From NCBI GenBank assembly GCA_028534125.1, contig CM052818.1, positions 6,636,001 through 6,700,000 of the forward strand: a DNA stretch of 64,000 nucleotides, in the 5' to 3' direction. Below are positions 36,021 to 49,720 of the stretch, piece by piece (position 1 is the stretch's first letter; every line of letters starts with the position of its first letter). The stretch is from Lama glama (taxonomy: Eukaryota). The notes under the pieces were generated by a model, which had not been told where the DNA came from, did not search any database, and worked only from the letters and a program-made list of their open reading frames with translations. Made by a program: the position numbers and the translations under genes.

Positions 36021-39000
36021 GCCTCTTCCTCTCTTTGGTTAACAGGCTGTTTCTGACTCAGTTCTGCTCCCATTCTCTTCAAATGCAGCTATGACTCTGG
36101 CTCTTCACTTTCGGGTCCTTTGTATTATCTTATTTTAGCCAGCTCTCTTTGTATCTTTTCTCATATCTCAGACTGTTTTGTTCCTTTCAGCTCCTTCTTC
36201 CCCAGCTCCATCGAGACCATATCTTCTTGCATCTTTCAGAAGACACAGGGCGGCCGCTATCTAAGACCAGCATCTGTTTCTTGTAGAACAGTCACATTCA
36301 TAGAGATCTGTTGTCTCCAGCTCTTGAGGGCAGTTTTCCTCTCCTTCAGGCTCTGCTGTCTTTTCACCAGCCCTCTGTTGGTATTTTTCCATCATATGGA
36401 GAGCCCTCTAGCCAGGCTCAGCCTTGGCCATCAGATGAGCTAAGTGCAGTGTCCTTAGCCTCCTACTTGGATGCTGGCAGCTTCCTCTCGGGGACCGAAG
36501 CCTGCTTGGCTCAGACACTCATGCTGGTCAGCACTGCCTGGGGTATCTCTGAGCCAGTCTGGGGTTGCTCTTCTGCTCAGCACTTGAGATCTCTGGTTAG
36601 GCTGGAGAATCAAATGTAGTCTGCAGACCTTTGAGCAGTCCCTCCGGCACCCTTCGCTCTTCCATCACTGATGATGACACTTCCTCCAGCAATCACATCT
36701 CTGAAGGTGGTGATGCACGCCTGCAGCCAGCCTGCTCTCACACTGTGTGGTGTGCTGGGAACTGCAGGCTTTGTTGCTTTGGAGAGAGGCAGACAAGGAG
36801 GATGAAACTAGGTTCACTCTGACCTGGAAGACAATTCTTGTCCACCTGGGTGGAAGATGATCACCAACAAAGAGACTGAGTAAAACAAAACTATTTCCTT
36901 CCTTCCTGGGGGGCTGTCTGTCCCATTCTGGCTCAGAGGGGGCAACACAAATCATGTGAAATCCAAGAATGTTATTCTAAATGCATCCCAGTGGACAATG
37001 TGGTTACTGCCTGGAGTTTGGCTGCTGGCCTCATCTTGGGTCGGAGGGCTGTTGCCAGGTTTCACGTCTGTGTGAGCCTTTCTGGGGATCTTAGGGGATG
37101 CTGCAGGGCGTGTCGGGTGTGCCTGGTCTGCTTCTGCACTCACCTGGGTGTCCTCGGGACGGATATTTGTGGCTTGATGTAAAAACCATCTGACCTTTTT
37201 TTCTTCTTTTGTCAAGCCTGGGTAACAATGACTCCTGTCTTTTACTCGCCCTGCTCCATTAGTAACTATGGTTGCCTTTTGAGTGTCTTCCAAAAACGTC
37301 TTTCCTTGCCAAAAGAAAGAAAATCGATCCCGTCTGCCCAGCCCTGAAAGCTGACATTGTAGGCCGTCACAGGACCACGCCGTGCGGTGTGCAGCAGAGG
37401 AGAAACACGGGACCAGGGGCTGCGGTCCCTTTTTGAGTCTACCCTCTGGGGCCAGGAAGTTCTGGTGTGGTGCCTGTGTGCTGCTCTTGAATGAACGTCC
37501 TTGCTTCCTTGCTGGCCTGATGCGACAAGCAGAAGCCACTTTGAAGCTGCCTCGCCCCAATGGGGCTCAGATATTTACATAGCAGCCTTTCATTCTCCAA
37601 ACAGAGTGTGCGCCTCTGCAAATATTTCAGGCCTCCCTGCCTGCTTGCGGGCCCCCAAGTGCCATTCACCAGCTTTTAAGTTGGTTCTGCAGGCAGCGAG
37701 CCACTGGGAGGGAGGCCTGCCTCAGAGTGCAGGGGGCCCTGTGCTGTCTGCTGCCGCCACCTCCTACCCTGCAGACTTGGCGGGGAAGGAAGCAGTGGGT
37801 TTTACAGCTGGTGTTTTGGGTTTGGGAAAAAAAAGAGAGCGAGAGAGGAAAGAATTATAAAAAAAAAAAATTTGCACATGTAAAATGACACTAAATGTAA
37901 GTATATATGCAGTATTTTGGGACGAGAGAAACTGCGCGTTTTGCATGATTCATCACTCCCCTCGATGACAGCCAAGGAGGTTTGCACTCAGCCTCTGGTA
38001 TTTTGGAAGTTTGTTCCAAATGCTCCGAAAAGAGAGAAGGCCCTGGTGCCTCGCCCCTTCCTCAGAAGGAGGGTTGAGTCTGGGCTGGATCAGGGCAGCA
38101 CGGATTTGCTACCTGTCCTGTGGAAATGCCCATTTTTCTATCAAAAACTGAATCCGTGGCTTCACGGGTGCAGGGAGACCAGGGTGTAGGTCAGGAGAAA
38201 GCCATGCTTTCCTGAGTCTGACTTGAGCCTGGAAATATGCGTTGACGGCGCTAGATGGGAGCACCCTCCCCAGTGCTGCCTCCCAGCAGGTGCGTCGGGC
38301 TCCCTGGAGGAGGGCTGAACATCGCCAAGGTTGGGCGGCCAGCTGCCAGGAACACGCAGTCTTTCTAGGATTCGGCCTTTGCGAGTTAGCAAAACATGGT
38401 GTGCTGCTCTGAGGCTGACACATACCTTGGCAGGGGTGCTGGGGCTTCTGCCCAGAACTGGGAGTCCCCAAGGTCGGGCTGACCTCCAGGCTGCAGTTTG
38501 GCCCGAGGAGGGGCCACACAGTGGGTGTGGCGGCCTCTCTGGACAGATGCACTGCCTGGGAGCACCGGGGCCACAAGGAGCCGGCTGACCCCAGGGCCAA
38601 GTGCAGTGAGGGCACCCCGGGAGAGTCTGACAGCTGCTTCCCCGAGCGCCCTGCATCCCTGTCCTCATGTTCCCTGGGAGATGGGAGGACTTCCTCATGG
38701 CCTTCGTCACTGGCACTTTACAAGTTCATTGTCGAGATTAGACAGCCCTTGACATAAAAGTGGCACATCTTACCTCTGAAATTCAAAACTTTGCTTTTCC
38801 AAAGCTGCGTTAGACTCAACTTGGGTGAAGTAGAGTCCTGAGTCCGAAAATTACAACAATTAATTTTACCATTAAGTTCTGTTTCTGGCCTTGGGAGGCA
38901 ATTTCAAGAATGTTTGCCTTGCAATAACTTTCGGTGGTTAAGCTCTATGTTTGTTGTGTGGGGGTTTCTGCGCATCTGTTTGATTTGGCAATAAGATGGT

Positions 39001-39169
39001 TAAGAAAAATAAAAGTCCTCTACAGAAGAACTAGCAATTGAGTAGCACCCAAAAGCTAACATTGGTCCCCAGATTTACTATGATTAACAATAGCAGCAAC
39101 AAGCCTATTAACGCAGCCCCCGTTCACTTGGCCCCACTGGAGGCTGCTCAGGGTTACCCATGTCCCATG

Positions 39170-39515
39170 CCCTCACCGGTGCCCAGTTCCCTTGCAATTA
39201 GGTGTGGCCACATGCCTGTTTCTGGCCAATGGGCTATGAACGTAAGTGACCCAGAGAGGCATTTAAGAGTCAGTGTGTGACCCTCCTGTGTTCTCCCCAC
39301 CCCGCCCCTCCCCAGCACTGTCCCCCTCCCCCAGGGCAATCATGGAGGCCACCCACTGAGGCGGAAAGCCACCAGATAAAAGCATATTGGGTCACTGAGT
39401 CACTACAGGGTGAACAGCTGACATGGGGAGTAGCCTGAGTCGGGAAGGAATGAGAAAGGGAAAAATAAATCTTGGTATTCAGCCAATACAATTTTGGGTT
39501 TGTTTGTTACCACCA
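39170..39515 (+). mobile_element. Degenerate MaLR LTR (MLT1I/J-like)
   Basis: cccttgcaattaggtgtggccacatg...tctggccaatgg...aaataaatctt...ttttgggtttgtttgttac. Confidence 0.65.
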
Positions 39516-40410
39516 AAGACTCCCCTGACCAATACAAAGATAACAGCAGTTTAGATAAGAAACATCAACATGAGACAAAAAGTCTGCTTCCCTCTAGTGA
39601 AAGGAAGGCAAGAAGGTAACAAGAAGACAACATCCTCCTACACACAGGGCAGGCATTGCTGAGCAGTCCTGCACCCTCTCCCCTGGGCCCGGGCAAGCCT
39701 TCTGCATCTTCTCAAACCTTACAAACTAGAGAAGAGGCAAAGCTCTGCTGAGAAGATCTTCCTGAGATGTGAGGCAACAGTGGAGTGGGCAGTGCTCGAG
39801 GAGATGGAAGACCCTGCTCCAGCCCTGCCCCCCAGTCCTCATGTTTACCGTGTGACCTTAGGCAAGCTGCTTCACCTCTCTGAATTTCAGCCCCTGCTTC
39901 CTCAGGCGAAGCAGGTGGAACCGATGACCTTTCCTGCCCCAAGGGTTTGGGATGAGATGGTGGCTGGAGAGAGGAACCTCTGCTATCCACATTCCTATTC
40001 TCATTCAGAAACGTCCCCAGGCCACTGGGCAGTGCTGAAGTCTGTTACTGTCAAACCTGGAGGGCTGTACGGATGGGTTGACCCAAAGCTAAGAGCCTGC
40101 ATGGTCCCTGGGTGCCATGCTCAGTGTCCTGGAGATGACAGAAGTGTAATCTCTGAGTCAGTGACCTGGTGAGTGACCCCAACTTCCCTGGATGTCATCT
40201 TGCTCTTGTGATCAAAAGTACAATGCTGCTCACACACATGTGGGGGCATTTGCCTGAGGATGAATATTGCAACATTGTTACTGATGGCAAAAATCTAGAA
40301 AGGGGAAAAAAAAATCTAGAAAGTCCTAAATGTCCCTAAAGAGTGGATTGGTTAAGGTTCAGTATATCCATACTACAAATTACTATGCAGCCGTTTACAA
40401 GCCAGGCAGA

Positions 40411-41164
40411 ATGGGCACATGAAAAGATGCTCAATATCGCTAATTATCAGAAATGCAAATCAAAACTACAATAAATTTTCACCTGACACCAGTCACAATG
40501 GCCATCATTAAAAAGTCCACAAACGAGAAATGCTGGAGAGGGTGTGGAGAAAAGGGAAGCCTCCTACACTGTTGGTGGGAATGTAATTTGGTGCAGCCAC
40601 TGTGGAGAACAGTATGGAAGTTCCTAAAAAACTAAAAACAAAGTACCATATGATACAGCAATCTCACTCCTGAGCATGTATCTGGAGGGAACGCTAATTC
40701 AAAAAGATACTTGCATCCCAATGTTCACAGCAGCACTATTTACAATAGCCAAGACATGGAAGCAACCTAAGTGCTCATCAACAGAAGAATGGATAAAGAA
40801 GATGTGGTATATATACACAATGGAATACTACTCAACCATAAAAAGAATGAAATAACGCCATTTGTAGCAACGCGGATGGACCTAGAGATTATCATATTAA
40901 GTGATGTAAGTTAGACAGAGAAAGATAAATAACATACATCACCTATATGTGGAATCTAAAAAATTGACACAAATTGACTTATTTACAGAACAGAAGCAGA
41001 CTCACAGACTTAGAAAACAAACTTATGGTTACCAAAGTTGGTGGGGGGAATAAATTAGGAGTTTGTAATTAGCAGATACACATTACTGTATACAAAATAA
41101 ATATACAGCAAGGTCCTACTGTATAGCACAGGGAACTATATTCAATATAACCTATAATGAAAAA

Positions 41165-41206
<42 letters not shown>

Positions 41207-41306
41207 TTATTTATTTATAACTGAAAAACTATCCTGCACACCAAAAACTAACACAACATAGTAAATCTACTTCAATTAAAAATAAGTTAACTAATTAATT
41301 TTTAAA
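40411..41306 (+). mobile_element. Younger 5'-truncated L1 with internal (TA)n, nested in an ancient L1ME-like 3' end (~40230-40400 and ~41318-41598)
   Basis: ORF2 C-terminal C-C-H-C motif ([22 protein letters not shown] 40453-40635) plus 3'UTR; TSD AAGCCAGGCAG 40399-40409 / AAGTCAGGCAG 41307-41317. Confidence 0.9.
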
Positions 41307-41598
41307 AAGTCAGGCAGCTCTCTTTGTACTGACGCTAAAACCTTCCAAGACATATTAAATGAAGAAAGCAAGGTGCACATCGTGTGGAGAACACACGACC
41401 ATTTGTACACACACAGACACATCTGTATGCGTATTCCATACAGCCAGAAGGCAACACGAGAAACCAGTCATGGTGGCTGCATCTGGATTGGGTTCTGGTG
41501 AGACAGAATTAATTTTCATTGTAAGCTCTTTGGTACTATCTTTTACCATGTATGGATGTATACTGTTTTCCTTACAATTTTTTGTTTTTAAATCAGAG

Positions 41599-42098
41599 NN
41601 NNNNNNNNNNNNNNNNNNNNNNNNNNNNNNNNNNNNNNNNNNNNNNNNNNNNNNNNNNNNNNNNNNNNNNNNNNNNNNNNNNNNNNNNNNNNNNNNNNNN
41701 NNNNNNNNNNNNNNNNNNNNNNNNNNNNNNNNNNNNNNNNNNNNNNNNNNNNNNNNNNNNNNNNNNNNNNNNNNNNNNNNNNNNNNNNNNNNNNNNNNNN
41801 NNNNNNNNNNNNNNNNNNNNNNNNNNNNNNNNNNNNNNNNNNNNNNNNNNNNNNNNNNNNNNNNNNNNNNNNNNNNNNNNNNNNNNNNNNNNNNNNNNNN
41901 NNNNNNNNNNNNNNNNNNNNNNNNNNNNNNNNNNNNNNNNNNNNNNNNNNNNNNNNNNNNNNNNNNNNNNNNNNNNNNNNNNNNNNNNNNNNNNNNNNNN
42001 NNNNNNNNNNNNNNNNNNNNNNNNNNNNNNNNNNNNNNNNNNNNNNNNNNNNNNNNNNNNNNNNNNNNNNNNNNNNNNNNNNNNNNNNNNNNNNNNNN
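41599..42098. other. Assembly gap (500 N)
   Basis: Run of exactly 500 N, probably a placeholder length. Confidence 0.99.
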
Positions 42099-42535
42099 TT
42101 CAATGTCACCTCTTTAGAAAAGCCTTCCCAAATCACTTTATCTGTAACATAGCCTCTCCTTCCAGTCTCCCCATCCCACACTCATTGCTTACGCTATTTT
42201 ATTTATCCTCAAAGCCCTTAGGCGACATATATGGGATACAGTTATTTGTTTGTAATCTGTTTCTCCCATGAAAGCAATAAGGGAAAAGATCTTATCTGAT
42301 TCAGTCCTGAATCTCCAGTCCTTAGAACAGATCCTGGCACATAGGAGGGACTCAAGAAATATTTGTTGAGAGAGGGGGGTATAGTTCGGTGGTAGAGCAC
42401 ATCCTTAGCATGGCTGATGTCCTGGATTCTATCCCCAGTTCCTCCATTAAGTAAATAAATAAATTAATCTAATTACCTCCTCCCACCAAAAATTTTTTTT
42501 TTAAAAAGAAATATTTGTTGAGTAAATGAGTGAAT
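42099..42535 (+). mobile_element. L2 3' end interrupted by a SINE
   Basis: caatgtcacctct..agaaaagccttccc...cctggcacataggagggactcaagaaatatttgttgagtaaatgagtgaa. Confidence 0.75.
42371..42505 (+). mobile_element. vic-1-like SINE nested in L2 tail
   Basis: Perfect 17-bp TSD AAGAAATATTTGTTGAG at 42354-42370 and 42506-42522; degenerate A and B boxes. Confidence 0.9.
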
Positions 42536-45500
42536 TTAACTGACAAATTTAACTGCCTAGGCCACCACACCCCCTAGGGTTTCTTTCCAAGTGAGATTCG
42601 ATTGGCATGAATTTCGGAAACAATGTTGGAGCTGGAGGAGACCCTGAGATGGTTGACATCTGCCCTTCCAGGGCCCTGCCGGGGCTGGGTGTGGACACCT
42701 GACTCCTGTGAGGCCTGGGGCTTTCCACTGATGGTGAGGGAGCCGCCTTGATGAGGGGAGACTCCCAGCCCAGTGCTCTGTGGTGTCTTCTCCAACATCA
42801 CTGGCCTCGATGCAAGAGGGAAATCCCATGGACGGTAAGCTCTCTGCTGAGAAAACACATTTGGGAAGCCCTGGGTTAAGCTGATCTCCACACTTCTCTT
42901 CTGTGCATTGTGATTCTCCAAGGTGGGGTGACTGTAGATTGCATTTCTCAAACTTGTTTAACCCCTTTTCTGGAGAACTGTTTTTGTGGGATTTGTGTTG
43001 CCTGGGACACATCTTGGAAAACGCCAGTTTCGTGTTTTCTTCCTCCTCAAGCGCCATCTGAATAGATGTGTGGAAAGCCGCAGGAAAGTCGGTTGCTTTG
43101 GTTACCTAACAAACCCGGAGATGGGACTTTTCCTTGCCACCAAACCAGGCTTGCCAGCATCTTCCATCTCTTGGAGGAGTCCTGAAGCACACTTCTTTCT
43201 ACATTCTGCCTCCTCCGTGGTCCCCTAGACCTGAACTGTCTCCCTTCAGCATCTCTGTGCTCAAATCCTACCACACATCTCACTGGGCTCATCTTTTTCC
43301 CTCCAGGTGTCACCTTCACCTCCCTCCCTCCCATCTACCTCTTGAGGTCCTGCTGGGAGGGCTTCCTCCCTCCTAGAGCCCAAGGCTGCCTGCAGGGGAG
43401 AAGAACTTCCCAGAGGTGCCCCCTTCCCTGCCCTTGGACAGCCCCCTCGCAGGAAGCTACTTAAATAATAGAGACAAGCAGGTTCCTAAACAGCACGTGT
43501 GTTGTCCAATTTTGTAAAATAAGGACACATGCTGCAGACTTGTTCACACCCATCTAGAGAGAAAAAGAAGCTGGGAAGTGTCCTCCACCAGAGTGATGGT
43601 ACTTATCTCAAGGCAGTAGGATTTGTAGCGGGATCTTTTACTCCTTTTTTGCTTAGCTGTATTTTTAATTTTTATTTTTCCACATGTATTTAAAAAGAAA
43701 AAAAAAAGCTCATGTGTCACAGAATCTGCAGCTGTCATTCCGTTCCTCACTCACTGTGTGACCTCAGAGCACACAGCCTCTCTGGTTCCTCATCTCAGAG
43801 ATGCCCCACCTTGTTCCCTCTCTGAGGTTCTCCGGGAACCATCTCTGGTCCATCACTAGACTGCAGGCAGCTGGAAAGCAGGCGGGCATCCTCTGTGTCA
43901 CGCCTTCTCTGCGTCCTCCTGCGTGCCCGGGCAGCGCCTTGCGCGTTGCAGCTTTATTTTTTATTACTGCAGGTGCTAAATAAATCCTCAGTGACTGAGC
44001 CTGGAGCCAAACACATTAATCCTTGTCATCGCTCCAATTCTGTGTGGCTGGGACAGAGCCCAAGGCCCTGGAGATGCAATAAATCTGCTCTTTGGGCCCC
44101 ACCTATGTCTCCACCAAGCAGATGTGGTTGCTGGGAGCCAAGATTAGGGTGATGGGCTGAGGCCCTGTGAATTGGGAGTCCCGGAGAAGGGCTGGCCGGC
44201 TTCACAAAACTCCCCGCCCAGGAGGTGTGAGAGTTGGCTTTCGGCAGTGATTTCCCCAGAAGGAAGGAATGAGATTCTGACCAGGTGCAAAGGCAGCAGG
44301 TAAGAGCCATGCCTGGGCTCAGTCCTGCCTTGTTTGGCCCTTCAGTCCTCACCACTGTGAGCCTGGGCAATTCACATCACTGCTCTGCCTCACTTTCCCC
44401 ACCCACTAAAAGGGACAATAGTTCCTATATTTTAGATTATCATGAGAATAAAATTACATTATGTACATATAATCCAGCACATGGCAAGCACTTGTAATGA
44501 TCAAGCGGTACCTCTTGAGATGGTCTGAGGGTCCAAAGACAGTCCTAAATGAGTAAGTAGCCTCTAGGTGGTTCAGAGATCAGGGCTGGCTTAATTAATG
44601 CCCAGGACCCTTCCCTGGTGCTATCTGAGCTGCCGTGAACATAACTCATTTAAAGCAAGCTCCAGCTTTGACATGGGTGAAGTCCATCCTTTCCCTATAC
44701 TCTCCAGCCTTGAGTGGATTTATGAAACAAAAGCAGCACATGGCGCATCTTTCGTGTGCCAGACGTCAGCTAGGTATTCCACATCCCTTTTATAGAGACG
44801 ACATCTGTCGGGTGAATAAGGCTGTGTCCAAGGCCACACAGCATGATAAATGGTGGCGCTGGGGGCCAAATGCTGCTGAGTTAACTGCACCGGAAAAGAG
44901 TAAGAATCTCTCCCAAAGTCTGCTCACCCCTGTTTTGTTTTGCAGACTCTGGAATTTTCCACTCCATTTGTTTAACGCCATTTGCAGGGCAGGCTTCCCC
45001 ACGCATCTTGGGAAGGAATGTGTTCATGATACTATATACAAACTGACTTCTCCCATGTATTAGCCACCCTAAGGGCCACGCCTTTAAATAACTCCGAGAC
45101 ATGTTTCTCGGGATATTTGTGGCACAGGGCGGAAGCCCGTACTGCCTCCTGGCAGCTGTGTTCCTCTAGCAGAGGGACTGCGATAATGACCCGGAGCTGG
45201 GTGTTGACTGAAGGGGCAGTGTTTCTACCAAATCACATGGGTGACTTGGACCCTCTTGAGTGTTCCCTAAAAACTCATCATCAACATGGGAGGGGGGAAG
45301 ACTAGATTCTCCAGGTGCCGAAAAACTGTCTCCTGAGACAAGGATGCTTGGTGACAGTCCCCTGAGGAACACAGCGAGGGGGTGGTGCTCAGCCATTTAG
45401 ATGCACGGGAGTTTCACATTTGACCTCTGGCTTCCACATGAGATTAGGGGACAGAAGCTTTTTCAAAGTCATCTTCTATTTACATAACGAGTTGAAGGGC

Positions 45501-45721
45501 TACGATGGAAATGGGGAATCCAAAGTCAACCTAGACAACTTCCTCCTATTTTGATTTATGCCAGTGGTTTATAGCTTGTTTGTATAACAAATGTTTTATA
45601 AACGCCTTTGAAAATCCTAAATGAAAGTCATGGGCTGTATAAGCCATCTATGCACATTTTAAAAATATTAATGTAATACCCTAACTCTAACAGAGTCTTT
45701 AACATGAGAACTAGTGACACG

Positions 45722-45876
45722 TGACACTCCTGTGCACTGTAGAGGGGTTAGCAGCACCCTAGGCCTCTACCCCCTGCCAGCAGCACCTCACCCCCAGTCA
45801 TGAATGACAACCGCTAAGGTCCCCAGACGCTGCCAAGTGTCCCCTGTGGGGCAAAATCCTCCGTCGAGAACCACTT
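45722..45876 (+). mobile_element. MER20 hAT-Charlie MITE fragment
   Basis: tcctgtgcactgtagaggggttagcagcaccctaggcctctaccc...ccagacgctgccaagtgtcccctgtggggcaaaatc..gagaaccact. Confidence 0.8.
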
Positions 45877-46019
45877 CTCTAACATAAAGGATAAATAAGA
45901 AGATGATAATGTATAATAAAGTAACATGTATTTCAAAATATAAATGCTCAAGTACAGCCGTCCTGGAATGAAGCAACCGCCTGCCTGCACCCACCGACAG
46001 TGAAGGGGTTTGGACCGAA

Positions 46020-46217
46020 GACAAACTGCCATATAAAATAGATAAACAACAAAGTCCTACGGTATAGCACAGGGAACCATACTCAATATCTTGTAATAAC
46101 CTATAATGAAAATAATATGCAAAAGAATATGCATATATATATATATATATATATGACTGAATCACTATGCTGTACACCAGAAACTAACACAACCCTGTAA
46201 ATCAATTTAAAAAAAAA
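46020..46217 (+). mobile_element. L1 3' end with (TA)n
   Basis: atataaaatagataaacaacaaagtcctacggtatagcacagggaacc...gctgtacaccagaaactaacacaac. Confidence 0.85.
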
Positions 46218-47109
46218 GAGAGAAGAACAGAAGCTCTTTCCACAAGAACAGAAAAATGTAAGGGCAGCAGGACGGATGGACATTAGAATAAAATGAGTGT
46301 TAAGCTAAGTATAACTGAGCATTTACCTATACATAAGTGAAAGGATAAAATAACCATAATTAAAATGGAGATACTCTACTAAGTTCAGCTACAGATGCAA
46401 AATCATAAATGAGCTGGGACTTCTGTAGGCACATTGTCAGGGCGGTTCCCTGTTTTATGATTGGGGTATCACTGTAGTGACAGAATCTCAAGTACTCAAC
46501 AAGAAACTGGGGCTGTCTCCTATGAGAATGAACTGAAAGAGACCAAGGAGTAGGAAGACTTCCAGGGAAGGCATTAGAATAGTGTTGAAAAAGAACAGAC
46601 CAATTGAAAAATAAATAATTTGGAAGTGTGATTCTCACAACCTAGATTTCTTATCATCGTGCTTGCGTATGCGCATGTGTGTGTGTGTGTATGTATATAG
46701 ATGGCGAAATTATAACAGTATTTTTTAGAACAATGAAATTCAATAAGAAACTTGTATCTTATGAGTCTGCTCATTTCTATCTGGTTCAAGATCTAGTCAA
46801 AGAAATCTCAGCTCTCTGTTTCATATTTTCAGTTGGTCTCACTGCACAGTAACTGCCCTGCTGCATTGAAACCCTTTTCAGAAAAATTTGTAGTTAGAAA
46901 CACTTAATGCATAGAAGCAGCAACCTGCATAGCATGAGTAAATTACACTATCATTGCCAGACAACATCCTTTCTCCATTTAAGTCTCTCTCCATGGAACG
47001 GTCTTCTAAATCACCGAGGTTTTTAACTTCTTAGAACTTATTTTCAGAATTATCACGTATGAAGTATTGCTGATTTACAGTTGTAGTGAGTTTAGTCTGG
47101 GAGAACATT

Positions 47110-47285
47110 CAAAAGTCATGTGGGACACGAAACAGTTCTTTGTGGTATGGGAGTCTCCCATACATTGCAGGACATCTAGCATCCTCCACCTCCCCAAATG
47201 CCAATGGGCCTGTCAACCAAGAACAAAACCCACCAATTTCCAAAATGCCCCGTGGGAGGCACCACAGCTCCTGCTGATTACCCCA
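47110..47285 (+). mobile_element. MER20-like hAT MITE, degenerate
   Basis: acagttctttgtggtatgggagtctcccatacattgcaggacatctagcatcc...aaatgcca...tttccaaaatgcccc. Confidence 0.55.
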
Positions 47286-47509
47286 GGCTTGCGTGACCAC
47301 ATCCCAGATTGGGTCACTGCCACCCAAGACCTCACTGACAAGCACCCACTTCAGATGGACACAGATATGCATGTCCCTCCCACCAGCATAAGCATTTCTA
47401 TTACCGCCACTGCTAATATCTTTACTGCCTGTAACACTTCTGTGCAATTCTTATGAATCATAATTCACTTAATGAAACCATTGATGAATGGTATCAACAA
47501 GGGAAAAAG

Positions 47510-47700
47510 GTAACATTTGTTGAGAGGTCCCTGTGTGTCAGCCCTTGGGTGTGTTAGCTTTGCTACTTCGTTCAAACTTCACAGTAACCCTATGAAGTGG
47601 ATACTGTCTTTAGCCACATTTTATGCAGGAGAGTTTCAGTAACTGGTTCAAAGTGCCCCAACTAGTGAGTGGCAGAATCAGAATTTGAACCCTAGCTCTT
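47510..47700 (-). mobile_element. MIR SINE
   Basis: aacatttgttgag..ctgtgtgtcag...cttcacagtaaccctatgaagtgg...ccacattttatgcagg...tagtgagtggcagaatcagaatttgaaccc. Confidence 0.7.
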
Positions 47701-48160
47701 ACTCTATTTGCTATGCCATTTCCCCAGAACTATCTCCTCTGTATTCAATTTAAGTAAAAGAAGAAAATGGCAGCAAAGCATACTTTTATAAAAATGTGCA
47801 TGTGTTTATGCCGCAAAGTTTATGGAGACAGTGTACATTCAGCACCTATTCAATAGTCCTACGCACTTGGAGATGGAGGGAAGGAAAGGGCTATTTGGAA
47901 TGTTGCCTTTGAAGCCCTGAAAGATACCGCGTTATGAAAGAAATATTGAGCTAAGTTCACCAGACCCAGAATGGCAGATGGGTTTCATCTCAAGTGCTGG
48001 CTGATTGATTGGCTGTGGCTGCCTAATATTGAGAAGGGCTGTTACAGCAAGTCAGATTTGTCATCATCAATTAGTGATGTCTGCCCTGGCTAGGGAAAGG
48101 GCATGCAGTAGCCCCCAGGTTAGAAAGTTGTTATCTGTTTCCCTAGGCAGGAAATTGCAC

Positions 48161-48474
48161 ACTTCAGAAAAGTTTCCAAAAACAGGAATAAAAATGAAAA
48201 GGAATCTTTGGTGGAATTCTAAATTAACCAGAAAACTCCAGCTCCTCAGAATATCCTTCTCAGTGTAGTCACAGAAATGTCAAGGTAAGAAGGACCTTCA
48301 TGATTATTTAGACTTACTCACTTTAGAAACATATTCAAAACTAGGAATAGAAACAAGAAGAAATTTTTGGTGGTGAATGCCAAGCTCACCAGAAAACTCA
48401 GTTCCTCAGAATATTCCATTCAAGGACTCACAGACCCTGAAGGCTAGGAAGGACATTTGAGATTATTTAGGCCT
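48161..48474 (+). repeat. Diverged ~159-bp tandem duplication
   Basis: Shared blocks at ~159-bp offset: actt.agaaa, aggaata.aaa, tttggtgg, accagaaaactc, tcctcagaatat, tcacaga, gaaggac, gattatttag. Confidence 0.85.
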
Positions 48475-48632
48475 GTGGTTCTCAAATTTGGCTTACAGTG
48501 GAATCACCTGGGGAATTTTTGAAAATTTCTGATGTCTGGGTTCTGATTTCATTGGCCTGGGGATGGGCCAGGAACGGCATTTTCTTAAAATTCCCCTACT
48601 GGTTCTAATGCCCAGCCTGGATTGAGAACTGC
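48473..48632. mobile_element. MER5-like hAT MITE inserted into a MIR
   Basis: Termini ctgtggttctcaaa...ttgagaactgcg and internal gaatcacctggggaa; the MIR resumes at ~48640 (ccttttacagatagggaaatgggggctgagaga). Confidence 0.8.
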
Positions 48633-49081
48633 GGGTTTGGTCAAAGCCCCTCCTTTTACAGATAGGGAAATGGGGGCTGAGAGAAGACTGGCGACCTTCC
48701 TGGGGGCACAGAACTGACCCCAGTGTGGGTGTGGGGCAAAGACCTGGGGCTTGCGGTTGCAGAGCTGGGGTCCTGGGGCCCAAGTCAGCCTCCTAATCCG
48801 AGTCCCACTTCCCTCACAGCTGACTCTCCAGCCGAGCATAGCCACACATCTCAAGGCAGCTGTTCTGTTGCTACCTCCACCCGCAGCTCCTGGCCATTTC
48901 CAAAGAGAACTCCAGACATCTCCCACTGGGCCTCTATTGCATATTTGGTATTTCATGGCTCTTGCCAAAGGCGTTACACTGTATGACTTGCTTTTTCCTG
49001 ATGTCTCTTCATAGCACTGGAGACAAGAGTAATATCAACAAATGACCACCTTCAAAGTAACTTTAAAGAGGTGGAAGAAGG

Positions 49082-49720
49082 TGGGCATACATCTGGAGTA
49101 AACTCTAATTTGAAAAGGTACATGCACCCTGATATCCACAGCAACACTATTTACAACAGCCAAGACGTGGAAGCAACCTCAATGTCCATCGACAGATAAC
49201 TGGATAAAGAAGTTGTGGTGCACGTGCGTGCACACACACACACACACACACACACACAATGGAATACTACTCAGCCATAAAAAGAATGAAATAATGCCAT
49301 TTGCAGCAACATGGATGGACCTGGAGAACGTCATTCTAAGTGAAGTAAGCCAGACAGAGAGAGACAAATGTCACATGGTATCACATAAGTGAAATCTTAA
49401 AAAATGACACAAATGACCTTATTTACAAAACAGAAACAGACTCACAGTCATAGAAAACAAACTTATGTTTACCAGAGGGAAAAGGGGTTGAGGTGGAGGG
49501 ATAAATTGGGAGTTTGGGATTAGCAGATACTAATTACTATATATAAAATAGATAAACAACAAGGTCCTACTGTAGAGCACAGGAAATTATATTCAATATC
49601 TGTAATAACCTATAATTAAGAATATGAAAAAGAATGTATGTATAACTGAATCACTACGCTGTACACCAGAAACTAACACAACATGGTAAATCAAATACAC
49701 TTCAGTAAAAAATGATTTTT
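49082..49720 (+). mobile_element. Younger L1 3' end with internal (CA)n at ~49231-49258
   Basis: Typical ORF2-end/3'UTR sequence; diverged TSD gtggaagaagg (49071) / gtggaggaagg (49729). Confidence 0.88.

Noticed and set aside
36952..37560. 202-aa minus-strand ORF and neighbouring 168-184 aa ORFs at 38109-38716
   Set aside because: No recognisable protein features or exon structure; lengths are plausible by chance in GC-rich DNA with alternative starts allowed.
40289..40323. Short direct repeat AAAAATCTAGAAAG x2
   Set aside because: Local slippage or a tiny insertion TSD inside an old L1 fossil; no functional cue.
41359..42271. Three long ORFs of 197-252 aa
   Set aside because: Artefacts of translating through the 500-N gap.
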